Source: Lama glama (taxonomy: Eukaryota). Taken from it: DNA of 64,000 bases. The stretch is from assembly GCA_028534125.1 (NCBI GenBank), contig CM052817.1:97776001-97840000 (forward strand). Reading direction: 5' to 3'. The translations under genes and the position numbers were made by a program. Below the pieces are notes generated by a model. That model saw only the letters and a list, made by a program, of their open reading frames with translations. It did not search any database and was not told where the DNA came from. This document shows, piece by piece, positions 13,521 through 26,030 of this stretch; position 1 is the first letter of the stretch, and the number at the start of each line of letters is the position of its first letter.

Positions 13521-15989
13521 ACATTTCAAGGAGAAAATATTATCTGAATCCTTTTCTCCTCAAGAAATTAAATTATTCAAGTTCTCACAGTCACTAATAG
13601 TATGTTAACCAAGTATTGTCTATGGGGAGCTCTACACTAAAAAGACAAATGATTTGGAAGTAATGTATCAAAATAGCCAACTCATGCATTGCAATTTCAT
13701 AATTTGTATATAAATGGATTCACTTAGGTAAGCAGTCTCCTTCTGGGTTTGCCCATGCCATAGTAATTTGCTTAGCTAGCTTTTTTTCCAAGAGATAGCA
13801 CAAAGGTAAACATCAACTCATGTCTCAGCAATTATCTGATTAATGAAAACCATATCAATTTGGATTTATCTTCATGCTATTTTGGGAATATACTATACTA
13901 TTATAGTTATACTCTAAGAGATCAATTTGTCTTGAGTGCTAAAGGTTGTATAATATTAAATCTATCTCTTGGAAAGTGATAAACAGTATCAAAAACATGT
14001 TTACCTACTTTTCATAGTTCAAAGTAAGGAAGCACTTTAGTTGTTAAAGCTGGTTTACATCAAAAAGTTAATAACGCTTTACATTTTTTTAAATATCTTT
14101 TAACCCTCAGAGAAAAGAACTAAGCAATCAGTGTTAAAATTCCCATTTTTACATCCAAAAACATCTGGAAGAATGGGCCTCAGAGTGGTAGAAAAGCAAG
14201 CCACAGTTTTTGCTTTTCTTGAAGCCTGTTTTCAAAGAGAGGAATGGTTTGCTGTGCGGTTTTTCTGGGCCTGGAGGAAGTAAGGCGTGGAGGGAGCGGC
14301 TTACTAGGAAAAAGGATGAGGCTTTACACCAGCCCTGTGTCTACTATTCAGCACCTTCTTGACTGCTGGAACCTGAGTGCTGGGAAGGCTCAGGTGCTCT
14401 CATGGGGACATGCAGTGTCATAACCTCAGTGTCCACTCAGAGGGGAATGGTCCTTTCCCTTTATCCTCATGCAGAGAGGCATCGACCCAAACAGTGGTGG
14501 GAAAGACCAAGATGCAATTTAAAAAGCACAACAGATACACATGCCTTAATTAAGCATGATTTAGTGGAACCAAATTCATGTTCATCAGCACACTGTAATC
14601 ATAGCTTTTTTCCCTGCTGGTGAGAACACTGATCTCAAGCAGTCTCACCATGGAAGAAGAACAGGTTGGCTCTCATCCTTGACCTGGATTGAAATGAAGC
14701 CTGTTCCTCAAACCCCAGATAAGAGGCTTACTTTTCCATGTTCTCAATGATCTGTCTGATGCTCCATGGAGTGTCTTCTTCACAAAAGTTTAATTCTCTA
14801 CACAAACATTTCTCTGTCTGCAAAGTACTGTGGGAAACAAAAATGAACCAAGACATTTCTTAACTTTCATTGAAACCTGGACAGGAAATGATTAGATGGA
14901 ATGCCACTCTTTCAGGTTCTCTTCAAGGGAATAAAAGAAACAAAGCCAAAACCAAAATGCATACCTCTATGTAAAGTCATCCAGTTTAAATCTCTGATTG
15001 TCCCCTTGCTGATCTACCCTATTCCCCAGGAAACACCTGCCTCTCCGGTTGGCCCTTTGTTGGTCAATGACAGTGCATCAAGGGGAAATAGCATTTCCTC
15101 TGTGTTGGACGTCTCTTTGTTAGAGCTGTATCACATTCAGGCATTTTTCTTTCCTTTCTTTGATGGAGGAAAAATGCAGGATGATGAGAACGCCCTGACT
15201 GACATCACCAGATTACCTTTGAATTATAAAGCTATTCCAGTCGGATCTCTAAGACTTGAATATGCCTTCGGCTCAGAGATGTAATTGGAATTTTCTCTTG
15301 CGGTTCCATTTTCTTCTGAAGGGTTACAGAATTAGAGCTAATAGATGGGTGGAGAAAGGGTATTCCAGAACATTATTTTTAATTTGGTGGGATTGTCCAT
15401 TTTGTAATATTCATGTCTCTCAGCCCCTTCACATGCACTTCTTCCCTTGATGCTTCAATTACCCTTTTTTTTTTAAAGGCACATAATTCCATTATCAAAT
15501 GTACTTTCTTTTCCCTGCCATGTCTTTTCCATTTTGGAGTTGTAGGGAATTGTGTTCATTTTTGTTTTTAAACTACATAATCATTGGCTTTTCGCTAATA
15601 GTACTTACAGCTACCTTTTTGACACAGTAAAACTATGAAAGTGGTTCCTCCAAAATTCTTGAGGACGGTGAGAGTAAAGATTTATACCCAAAGGCTCTCT
15701 TCATGCCTTTATTTCCCCCACTGTCAGTTTCATATTGATATAGGGAACATGTTTTATTTGTATTTAAGTTACTACTGTCTGTCATGTATTAGGGGCTCAA
15801 ATTTGGTGAATGAATAAGATCTATATATTTTTCACATTTCAAAATTTCTGAAAAACAATATTTTTCTTCATTTAAAAGTACTAGTATTTGAATTCTAAAA
15901 AACAAAAATAGCATTTATTTCAGTTCATGGCAACATTTGTAGGGAAATAATATGTTGTAGAGGTCGTATGTTAAAATAATGTTAGACTA

Positions 15990-16260
15990 GAGAGAATGTA
16001 ATAAGTGAATTAAAATCCACACTAGAGTTAAGTAAATGTAGAATTAATGCTGAGAAAAATCAAATCAGTGATGCAGAGGAAATTGTGAGAGTTCCCCCCA
16101 GTGCATGTTTTTATGCAAAAAAAAAAAGAGTGAGATCAAGATAACAAATTAAAAAGCCAACCTTATTAATGGATAATCCTTGAAGGAAAGAACAAAACAA
16201 ATGGGAATGAAACACTAATGAAAGATGTATTGGAAAAAAAAATTTCTGAGCTAAAGAAAC
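15990..16260 (+). mobile_element. Ancient L1 (L1M/HAL1-like) ORF1 fragment
   Basis: A-rich 'gtagaattaatgctgagaaaaatcaaatcagtgatgcagagga...tttctgagctaaagaa' resembles L1 ORF1 coiled-coil sequence. Confidence 0.5.
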
Positions 16261-17169
16261 ACCATTTAGCTTGCTTATTTCAATTTTCCAGTTCTTCCTG
16301 TAACAATCATATCTTACTGTCTTTGTATACCTTGTAAAATTAAATACAAATTCCTAAGATTTTATGCGGATTACTGGTTATACGTGAAGAGATCATTTAT
16401 AATTTTAGAATAGTTAGGATGCCTTTTAATTTTCTTTGCGTGATAAAGTCAAGCAAAGTTTAAACACAGGTGACTAAAATCTCATCTAGGTTGATTTATA
16501 AATCTGAGTTAAATTTGAATCAAATTTTAATTAAAGCACTAGATAAAGTTTTGATTTATTAAGGATTGATAGTGGTTTAAAAAATGTGTGTCACATTCAG
16601 GAATCTAAAACATTAGCCATGGAGGTGATTCATTGTTTAGGCTTAATAACATATATAAGTTTAATAACAGATATGTTTAGCAACACTCTTCCTGGCTTGG
16701 GACAGAGTAGGCTGTAAACATGAATAACATAGAATACTTATCATCAAAGAAACTGATAATAATGTGGTTGAGGGGGAAAATATCTGTAATAAAAATAAAG
16801 ACATGAACAAAGGAAGGATCATTAAAAGTATAAAACCTGGTTTGAATAAGGAATTAAGAAGCTTCAAAATGTCATATTAGACCATGAGTTATATAAAAGG
16901 GGCAATTTCAAAGCATGTGCAGAATTATGATTTATTTGAAAAAAAATTCTTCAGATTCTGGATCCTGGGATCACTTGGATTGAGAGAGTTTTTTTTTAAA
17001 TATTGTCACTGTGGCACCAGCTGTTTTTTGATCATTCTAGCTCTCTGGAAATGGAGTTGTTCGATCTGTTTCTCCTCTCACATTCTGCTTCTTTTTTGGA
17101 CCTCCTCTTCCCCCTCCACCTCATCATTATAATAGCTATCATTTATTAGACCTTAAAAAAAAGTAGCAG

Positions 17170-17430
17170 TTAATATTTGTGTATTATGTATTCTGTGCTG
17201 GGCATTGTCCCAAATGTATTACTTAATAATCAGCATTCATTATTCAACAATCTTCATAACAACTTTATGAGGTAGATATTATCTTCATTCCCATTTTACA
17301 GATAGGAGAAGCAACAAGAATTCAAATACCTTGCCCAAGGTTACAACTTATAAATGGCAGGGCTAGGATTTGAACCCAGGCTGTCTGGCTCTAGACTTTG
17401 TGTGTTCTTAACTGCTGTGCTGCACTGCCT
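17170..17430 (-). mobile_element. MIR SINE (near full length); second MIR fragment at about 17480-17600
   Basis: 'cataacaactttatgaggtagatattatcttcattcccattttacagatagg...cttgcccaaggttaca...ggatttgaacccaggctgtctggctctaga'. Confidence 0.9.
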
Positions 17431-18568
17431 ATGACTAAGCCCTGTAATTGGTGCTATAATTATCTGCATAAGCTCTTCATAAGAACCTGCCAAAATAGAG
17501 ATTACTATCTTTATTTTCATATGATAAAACTGAAGATTAATTAAACATTTCAAAGTCACAACTAGGACTCAAACCCAGGATTGGATGAATTTAGTGCCTG
17601 TTTTCATTACCCCAAACTCTCCCATAACGGAATTTTAGATAAGATATCCTCTAAGCAGGACTTTCAATCTGAACAAAAAAATTCATATACTATGAATATG
17701 TAATATATTTTAGTTATGTGATTTTACGTTTAGAAGATCTGTTTTTAAACAGATTTCAAAAGTAATTTTTTATAGGAATACATCTAATGCTTGGTAACAA
17801 AGCCTTCTATTTATAAATGCAGGATTGCAAAAGGTACATGTTTCTTAGTCTGTTCCTAAAGGGAAATACTGAGGACAACAAAAATAAAAGTCATTTCAAT
17901 ACATTAAACCATGCTCAACTTAATCTACAGCAATTTTAGAGCAAATGAACCATTAGGTTTGTTATGATTATACTATGTTACCTGATATTAGAATAACATG
18001 TACAGATAAAGGAAATTAACATTTAAATCACCATATCAAGTCTAACAAATTTACTTATTGCTATGAGTGTTTTCCATGAAGAATACGGTGCTGGATCAAA
18101 AAGATAATTGGACCAGTGTTCCTGAATCTTGTATAGATGATCTTGAGAAGAAACCTTCCTTTAAACTTGAAGCTAATGACCTAGTAAGATGTGTGCTTAG
18201 AGTCTTTTTCAGACAATGAAGGGTTTTTTAAGCTGTCCCCATTCTTACTTGGAGGCTCCTGGTGTCACAGACTCACAATTTGTTTGACAGCTGGCTGACA
18301 CAGAGTTATCTGTGGCAAACTAGATGAAACCAACTGGTCTGCTGAATAGAATGAGTCTCTAGTTTTCACATTTCTTGTCATTATTTTTCTAACTGATCTG
18401 TCCAATTTAGACCATCTTCCAATTTGGTTTATTCATCTTGTCTATTTGTGTGATTCTGAGTAAATTTTTCAGTCTCAGCCCTTTTTATACATAAAGTTAA
18501 GAAAGCAACATACTGTCTTTGCTTATTTTGTGTCTTTGAATAGTAATTTGAATGAACACTCTTTTTTG

Positions 18569-19068
18569 NNNNNNNNNNNNNNNNNNNNNNNNNNNNNNNN
18601 NNNNNNNNNNNNNNNNNNNNNNNNNNNNNNNNNNNNNNNNNNNNNNNNNNNNNNNNNNNNNNNNNNNNNNNNNNNNNNNNNNNNNNNNNNNNNNNNNNNN
18701 NNNNNNNNNNNNNNNNNNNNNNNNNNNNNNNNNNNNNNNNNNNNNNNNNNNNNNNNNNNNNNNNNNNNNNNNNNNNNNNNNNNNNNNNNNNNNNNNNNNN
18801 NNNNNNNNNNNNNNNNNNNNNNNNNNNNNNNNNNNNNNNNNNNNNNNNNNNNNNNNNNNNNNNNNNNNNNNNNNNNNNNNNNNNNNNNNNNNNNNNNNNN
18901 NNNNNNNNNNNNNNNNNNNNNNNNNNNNNNNNNNNNNNNNNNNNNNNNNNNNNNNNNNNNNNNNNNNNNNNNNNNNNNNNNNNNNNNNNNNNNNNNNNNN
19001 NNNNNNNNNNNNNNNNNNNNNNNNNNNNNNNNNNNNNNNNNNNNNNNNNNNNNNNNNNNNNNNNNNNN
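18569..19068. other. Assembly gap of exactly 500 N
   Basis: Run of N with a round placeholder length. Confidence 0.99.
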
Positions 19069-20589
19069 TTCAGTTTTAGGTAACACCTAAAACTGAGACA
19101 TGAGGTGCTCACATTTATGAATGAGTTTAAAATTACACTCCAGACTTGGACAAGGGGCTCATACGAAACCATTTATGCTGGAGGAAATGGAGAGTGGAGA
19201 AGAAACCCCACTGGCAGGGACAGCACCCTGCATCTTGTGTATATTCACAGCCTGTGATTGGTGGAGTGGCCAGACCTGAAGAGGGCTGTGCCCTCTTCTC
19301 CCATTCCCTCTTTGTACAGCAGATTATTTTGTAGGCATAAACTTGCATTGTATCAAAGCTGCACTAATGGTTCATTCTACCCGAAGAGTTTTCTGCTTGA
19401 CCCAGGGGTAAGCCCACTAGAAGAGAAACGTGGCAGGGCGGAGAGAGAAGAGTACCATTGCTCTCTTATTAATAAGAGAATGATTGATTATATATCTTAG
19501 TATATTCCTTTGTGAGTTCTTTTCAATTATCTTACCTCTATGATAGGTACACTCTTTCACCTTTGGAAAATTCAGTATGTCATCATCTTTCATCCTTAGC
19601 TTTCCTTTGGGATGGGGATCATTAGCAATTGAGAAATTTTACTCAGGTTTCAGATTGAAGGAGGTCATTTAAAGTAAGTTGAACCCATGTAAGTACTCAT
19701 TTTCACTAAATACTAGAAAATGTCACCTCAATACAAAAGCCTGTGTTTAAAATATCATCAATGGACGTTCGTTCATTTGTTAGCTGGAGAGAGTCTTCCT
19801 GGCATGAGTCCAGGCTTGTCTTCAGGAGTGAAATGAGAACATTTTGTGTTCTACCTGCCAGGTGAGAATCTGAGTCATACCTTCCAAACTGGTGTTTTTG
19901 GAGGCAGAGAGCCAATGAGAAATTTAAACTGTAGCAGTCTTCCTTCTTCATATAATGCATAAAATATTGACAAAGTGTATAATATGGATGGTTTTTAATT
20001 TCCAGATCTGCTTATAAAGTTCTAATAAACGATCTAGGAGAACATGAGCTAATTTAGAACATAATTCTTGGAGGAGTGTGTTATGCCCCAGGGCTCTGGC
20101 TTTGGAGAGAGAGACCTTTGATAATATTTAGCATTTTTCCACTGAGACTCTTGTGTAACATAATATGGGTAGTTCTATATGCTAGGATGTTTCATTTCCT
20201 TAAAACAGTTTTTCTCTTATTAGCATTCCTGGGCTTTTTTTAAAATGATTATAGAATGTGATCGGATTAATAAAAGGTTTTCTAGGAGACAGCTCAATTC
20301 ATTGATAGGATTTTTATTATTAAAATTAGCTTTAAAATATTATATTTTGAAACAATTGATGAATGAGTTAAATAGAGTGTGCACTTTTAAACTAACGTTT
20401 TGATTATGGTTTTGAAATTGAGAACTTCACTTTTTCTGAAGTAATGATGGGTTTGGTGATTCTGTTACTTAAATTATTTCCTCCTCTTATCCATGCTATA
20501 ATCAGACTTTAACAGTTGAAAATATTCATATTGTTAGTCTCCGTTATTACAAGAGTCTTATATTCACTAAACTGTCTATTCTCCTTATC

Positions 20590-21230
20590 CTTCTTGTTTT
20601 CCAACGTGTGGGATTTTCAATACCACCAAGCAATTAACTAAATTCTGACTCTAGCTACCAAGAGATAGTGTCAGATCCCACAGGTTAAGGGCTCAGTCCT
20701 ACAGCACTGACCCCCGCCCCAAATTCAGATACCAGACATAAGCCTAGGTTGTCACCTGTGCTTCTGACTGACCAGCTATAGATGGGAGGTTCCAAGGACT
20801 CTACCTCCTCAGGTTTGATAAGTTTGCTAGAGCGCCTCAGAGAACGCAGAAACATTTTCCTTACTAGATCACTGGTTTATTATAAGAGGATGAAACTCAG
20901 GAACAGCCAGATGGACGAGAGCATAAGGAAAGGTGCAGGGAAGGGATGCAGAGCTTCCACACCCTCTCCAGGTGCCTTTTACGGTCTCATGGAGGCTGCA
21001 TTACATAAACATGATTGATTGATTCATTGGCCTTTGGTGATTGAGCTCAACCTTTAGCCCCTCTCTCCTCCCCAGAGGTGGGGGTGGGGGATGGGGGAGC
21101 TGAAAATTCTAACCCTCCAATGGCAGGACTGGCTCCATTTACCGACCAGCCTCTACCCTTAGGTGCTTTCCAAAAGTCACCTCATTAACATAACAAAGGA
21201 CATCTTTGTCCTCATCACAGTATCACAGGT
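20590..21230 (-). mobile_element. MER21-family (ERVL-class) solo LTR
   Basis: 'gtcagatcccacaggttaagggctcagtcc...caaattcagatacc...ggttgtcacctgtgcttctgactgaccagctata...tttgctagagcgcctcagagaac...ggtttattataa' matches recalled MER21B/C; AATAAA lies on the minus strand. Confidence 0.8.
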
Positions 21231-21419
21231 ACTCTGGCCTGCAATTGTTTACTCTCTTTTAGAAACCTTGATTTCAACTCAAACATCACAGTCTAGTAGT
21301 GATACAAGTATTGTTTTCCATTGCAACACACAGTGATAGACAACTTTTCTTAAGTTCTGTTCTGTATTTCTTGCCTTGCTTAAATAAGCTTTAATTGCCA
21401 ACAGCTTTAGACCAAGGAT

Positions 21420-21900
21420 TAGCCTGTCCTTCAAAGACCTCTATTACATGACCTCATGCTACCTTCCAAGCTTAACTCTCATGACGCTTCCACAGGAACT
21501 GTGTACTTTCCAGCAACCAAGCTAGTCACTGCCCCTTCAACAACCTACATACAACTTCTGTTTCACATTTTCTCTAGCCTTCATTGCCTTTCCTTTCCCT
21601 TTATAAATTCTCATTACCTTATTAAATCTGATTTAAAAGTCATTTTTTGCTTGAAATATCTCCACAAGGATTCTACTCATAGTCCTCTCTCTCCTCACTT
21701 TGGATTTCAGTAGCGTTCACTGTTTATTAGATAACATTCACCAGGCAAGTACATGAGAACTTGAAATGTATCTTTTTCTTTTCTTAGAATAAAAAGTTTC
21801 TTAAGGGCAAAAACTCTGTCTTATCTGTCTTATTTATGTAGTGCACACAGTACCTGCTCCATAGAAGGCAGTCAATGTTTGCTGAAAAAGAATGGAAGGA
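21420..21900 (+). mobile_element. L2 3' region
   Basis: Ends 'aagtttcttaagggcaaaaactctgtcttatc...cacagtacctgctccatagaaggcagtcaatgtttgctgaa'. Confidence 0.7.
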
Positions 21901-23059
21901 AGGAAAGAAAGAAGAGAGGTTGGAAAGGAATGGAGGATGGAGGAGGAGAGAGAGAAAGAGAGCTTTATCTCTTGTCTCAACAGGAGTGTAAATTTTCACT
22001 GTGTCTTTGGGTAAAAAAAAAGCCATGAATATGCACTGCCAAATTGCAGATGCTGAAATATTCATTCATTCGTTAAGTTAAAGTTCCTCCCTCTCAGTGA
22101 CCGTGAGGGATTTCTGCTCTCTGTAATCACAGGAAGTGCAGCCTGGCTCTTAGCCTCATCATCTTAACATTTGGGAAAATGACATAGTTTCTTCTCACCT
22201 AGTTTTTGAGCATATCTGTTAGCTATGTTGTCCATCTCCATAACTGCACAAAAATGAAGGTTTTCTCTCACTGAATATTCTCATCATTAAATATATTTTA
22301 AAGACTCAAATTAGAATTTCTAAATCATCTTCTGCAGATTAAGTATATTAAATATACACATAGCTAGCTAGCCAGATAGATAATGATTATGGCTGGGTCA
22401 TTGTTACAACAAGCACACATATAAGGAAAGCCTCAAAATGACCTTAATCTCTCTGTGATGATAAATACCTACTCTTTCAGTGCCAGAAAGCAGCAATCTG
22501 AGCCTTTACTGAAGTATACTTATAAAGGACGTATATTCTTATGTTAGTGGGCTGGTTGGTCCATGTGCCTTCATTCTACATATTGTTTTCTTCCTCCATG
22601 GCCAGGAAATGGGGCATCTGTTCACTTTTTTGTTGAATGTCATCTATTCGTAAGGTAGTGATGGATTTCCTAGTCAACTCTGCCTATAAAAAAGACGAGA
22701 GACCAGTAGATTGCTCTGGAATCTTTTCTACCAACCCTGTACACCATATCCGAACAGTTAGGATACACTCAACCGAAAGTAATAAAACTTAAGAAGGATG
22801 GTGGCCAGGTTGATTAGTTCAGCAGCTCAGTGGTGGTTCTTTCCATCTTCCTGCATTGCTGTCCCAGCTAGGTTGGCTAGCTCCACATTGCTGAAGCTCC
22901 AAGGATCACTTTCTATACATTGATTTCAGAGAAAGAGTAAGATCAAGTTCTTTTCTTTGACATTAAAAAATATTGAAAATGAAGAATCTTTTTCTAAAAG
23001 CCTTTTAACCCTTTTCATGTTTTCTATTAATTTTATTCCTTCTCCAAATTCCTTCTCCA

Positions 23060-23170
23060 GTTAGAATCTAGGGCTTGTGTGGGCAGAGACATTTCTGTTT
23101 TGTCCGCTGCTGGTTCCCCTTGTGTCTGCCATGTAGTAGGTGCTTCAGTAAATATTTGTGGAATGAATGG
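23060..23170 (+). mobile_element. L2 3' terminus
   Basis: 'gggcagagacatttctgttttgtccgctgctggttccc...catgtagtaggtgcttcagtaaatatttgtggaatgaatg'. Confidence 0.85.
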
Positions 23171-24087
23171 ATGTGGATATCTGCACATGTCTATTGTCCA
23201 AACTGAACTGCATGCGTGCCCTTTCCCCAAACCAGTCACAGACAAGGAAGATGAGACCCTGTGACTGACTGTGACCCCTCAGAGTTTTTCTGGGTTGAAG
23301 GGGGAAGGGTAAACCCCAGAACAGACTGGGACCCTGGCAGCATGAAAAGGAGCCGGGTGGCTGTTAGGTTGGTAATATACACGGTCTGCCCTAAAGGTCA
23401 TAGCTGGAGGTTTTGTGTGGGGGCAGAAGTCAGTATTTGTAGTATGTTTTCAGTAATGTAGGGTTAATAGAGAAAGAAGCAAGTATGAACTAAAAAGCAG
23501 TCAAAACTTTTTCCAACTAGGAAAGAAATGAAACAACACTGAATGCTGTAAGGTGACTGAGTCGTGCAGCTTAAGATTACCCAGCTGTTGTGTATGTACT
23601 CCATCTACTTCAGGCTTTCTAATGCCCAGTGCAGTGTTAGCTATTTAATTGAACTTTGCAGTAAAACTTTGTTTTGCTTGTCCCATTTTCAGGTATTATC
23701 AGGAATGCTTAATCACATTATTAGGAAGTATTATCCAAAGTTACTTGGAGAAATAAACTGTTTCAGATATTTTAGTTTTATTTATTCACATTAAATTATA
23801 TCTTTCTAGATTTAGGCCTGAACGTCCTGCAAAAAACTTTTAAGTTCTAATTGTGCTACCTACTGTATTTGCTGCAACTTGCTATTAGAGACTCTTATTT
23901 TGGATGTATTTGGACCAATTAACAGTCTTGGGTTTAATGGTTGAAGTAATTAGTTCTTCCCCAAACTGCATGTCATTGACCTTGTATTTTTCCGTCTTGT
24001 ATGCCTCCATCATGAAAGCTTTTAATAAATACTTTCTGAAAAATAGTAATTGGAGACTTTAGTCCAGATACATTGGTGCATAAAGAT

Positions 24088-24163
24088 AGAAAGAAAGAAA
24101 GAGAGAGAGAGCGAGCGAGCGAGCGAATGAGCGAGCAAGCAAGCAAGCAAGTAAGCAAGCAAG
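24088..24163. repeat. Compound microsatellite (AGAA)n-(GA)n-(GCGA)n-(GCAA)n
   Basis: Read directly from the sequence. Confidence 0.95.
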
Positions 24164-24679
24164 AAAAAGATTTTCTCCCTTTGAAATCTGTCGTTCTGTC
24201 CAGAGATTTTTGTTTTATTTTCAAATAAGAAATGCTTTTAATAATCACCGGTGGAATCTTGATCATGTTTCATGAATACACTTAGGCATAAATTTCTAAA
24301 ATCCACCTTCTCCTCTTGAACATTAAATCTGTATTTGTCTGTTTCCTAGTATCATGTATTTATTTTATTTTCCAGGATTTCTCAAAGGTTTCTAATTTGC
24401 TCCAAAAGTCTTATTGGGTGTCCTCTTAAAACTTTTGGAAGGATCTCAAACCAATTTTGAGGGGCAGATTCTCCTTCCTTACTTGGGCTTTAGGACCTCT
24501 TCACCAGTATCCTGCTTCTGATAATCTGAGAATTAAGTTCCCTGGCAACTAAGATGGAAGCTAAAGGAAATTGAGTGTTTCTACTCTCATTACCATGTAT
24601 TAATAGCGTACCATCATTTCCATCTGAAGATTTTCTTCCTTAAACATTCAGAATAAAATAGATGATCTCCTGTAGTGAT

Positions 24680-24875
24680 CAGACACATGGTCTTTAGAGT
24701 GTGCCTTCCTGAATATGAGCCCTGGTTCTGCCAAGTATCGGCACGGTGATCTCTCTGAGTCTGCACAATGGGAGTAATGATAGCATGGCATTCGTCGCAC
24801 TGATGCAAAGGTTACATGAGATACTGCCCAAACGTACTCAGCATAGTGCTGGGCAGTTTGTAATTGCTCAAAAGT
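24680..24875 (+). mobile_element. MIR SINE
   Basis: 'tctgcacaatgggagtaatgatagc...gtactcagcatagtgctgggcagtttgtaattgctcaaaa'. Confidence 0.7.
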
Positions 24876-25579
24876 TGTAGTTGATCTATCATGTTAGAAA
24901 AAAAAAAAAGAGAGATGTGGTATGGAAGCCAGGAGTAATGAAGTTTGGGGGAAAGTTTCGAACACGTGATAGAAAATGCAGTGGAACTAGGAGATTGAAT
25001 GTTCTGCCAGGGATCAAGGTGTCACCTGCACGTGACATTGTGTATTTGCTGCTTTTGTATACAGTACTTGCTATTAGATTCTACAGCAGTAGTTTAACCC
25101 TCATGACAAGTGATGACTGTAGCAATTTAGAGAGTGTGTAACCCCTAAAGAACCAGTAAACTTATCTGGGCTATGACCTTTGCTTCCTGTAAGCACTTGG
25201 AAAGTGTCAGAGTTTTTTTTCCTTTCCCCTGAATCTTACCTCAGATGCCCTTTGGTGAGTCTAATATTTCAGGCACTACCCTTTGAGACATGAATTTTTC
25301 TTCTCCAATTCATCCCCTCCCTTTATAAACATGAACTGTGGATCTGAGCCTGTATCTAAATGGGCTCTCTCCTTGTTGAGAATGTATTAGATCCATTGAT
25401 CTTCAGGATCTGGAAGTCATCTGTAACTCACTGTGTTAAAGTCCATGCCATGTGTTGTTTTGTTCTCCTGTAGGACTTGCCCAACTGTGAACTCTAACTT
25501 GAAAAAGACAGTGAAACTTTTGTCTAGTGCTAGATTGCGTGTTTGTCAGACGTTGTAGGGTAAGTGGTAAAAATAAACA

Positions 25580-26030
25580 TGTCACAGTAATTTATGTACA
25601 AGGATGTTTACTGCAGCATTATTTGTGACGGTGAAAAATTGAAAACAGACGAAATGTTTATCAACCAGAGCATGGTTAAATAAATGACGACACAGCCATA
25701 AGATGAAATACTAGGCAGACTTTGAAATAAATGAGGAAGATTTGTATGTAGTTGTATAAAAAATGTTCTATAATGTTGGGTGGATGAAAGCAAATTGAAG
25801 TATATTATGTATAGTATGATTCATTCTTTTGTATATCAGTGTATATATATGCATATGTGTGCAAACCAAAAACGTCTACAACTTTTGTAATTAAACTGTT
25901 AATAGTGATTATCCTGGAGCAGTGGGGCTGGGGCATGGAAGGAGTCAAACTTTCACTTTTATTTAATACACTTCTATGATGTCTGAATAATTCACATTGA
26001 GCACAAAATCTTATGATAATTAAGAAATAT
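25580..26030 (+). mobile_element. Old L1 3' end (L1ME-like)
   Basis: 'aaggatgtttactgcagcattatttgtga...aaattgaaaaca...atggttaaataaatga...aaactgttaatagtgattatcctgg'. Confidence 0.75.

Noticed and set aside
14901..15284. 127-aa ORF or possible exon after a pyrimidine tract (MQDDENALTDITR...)
   Set aside because: No recognisable homology and weak splice signals (GAT|GTAATT); a tBLASTx or RNA-seq check would be needed to revive it.
18429..19172. Long ORFs of 175-247 aa
   Set aside because: Artefacts of translating through the N gap.
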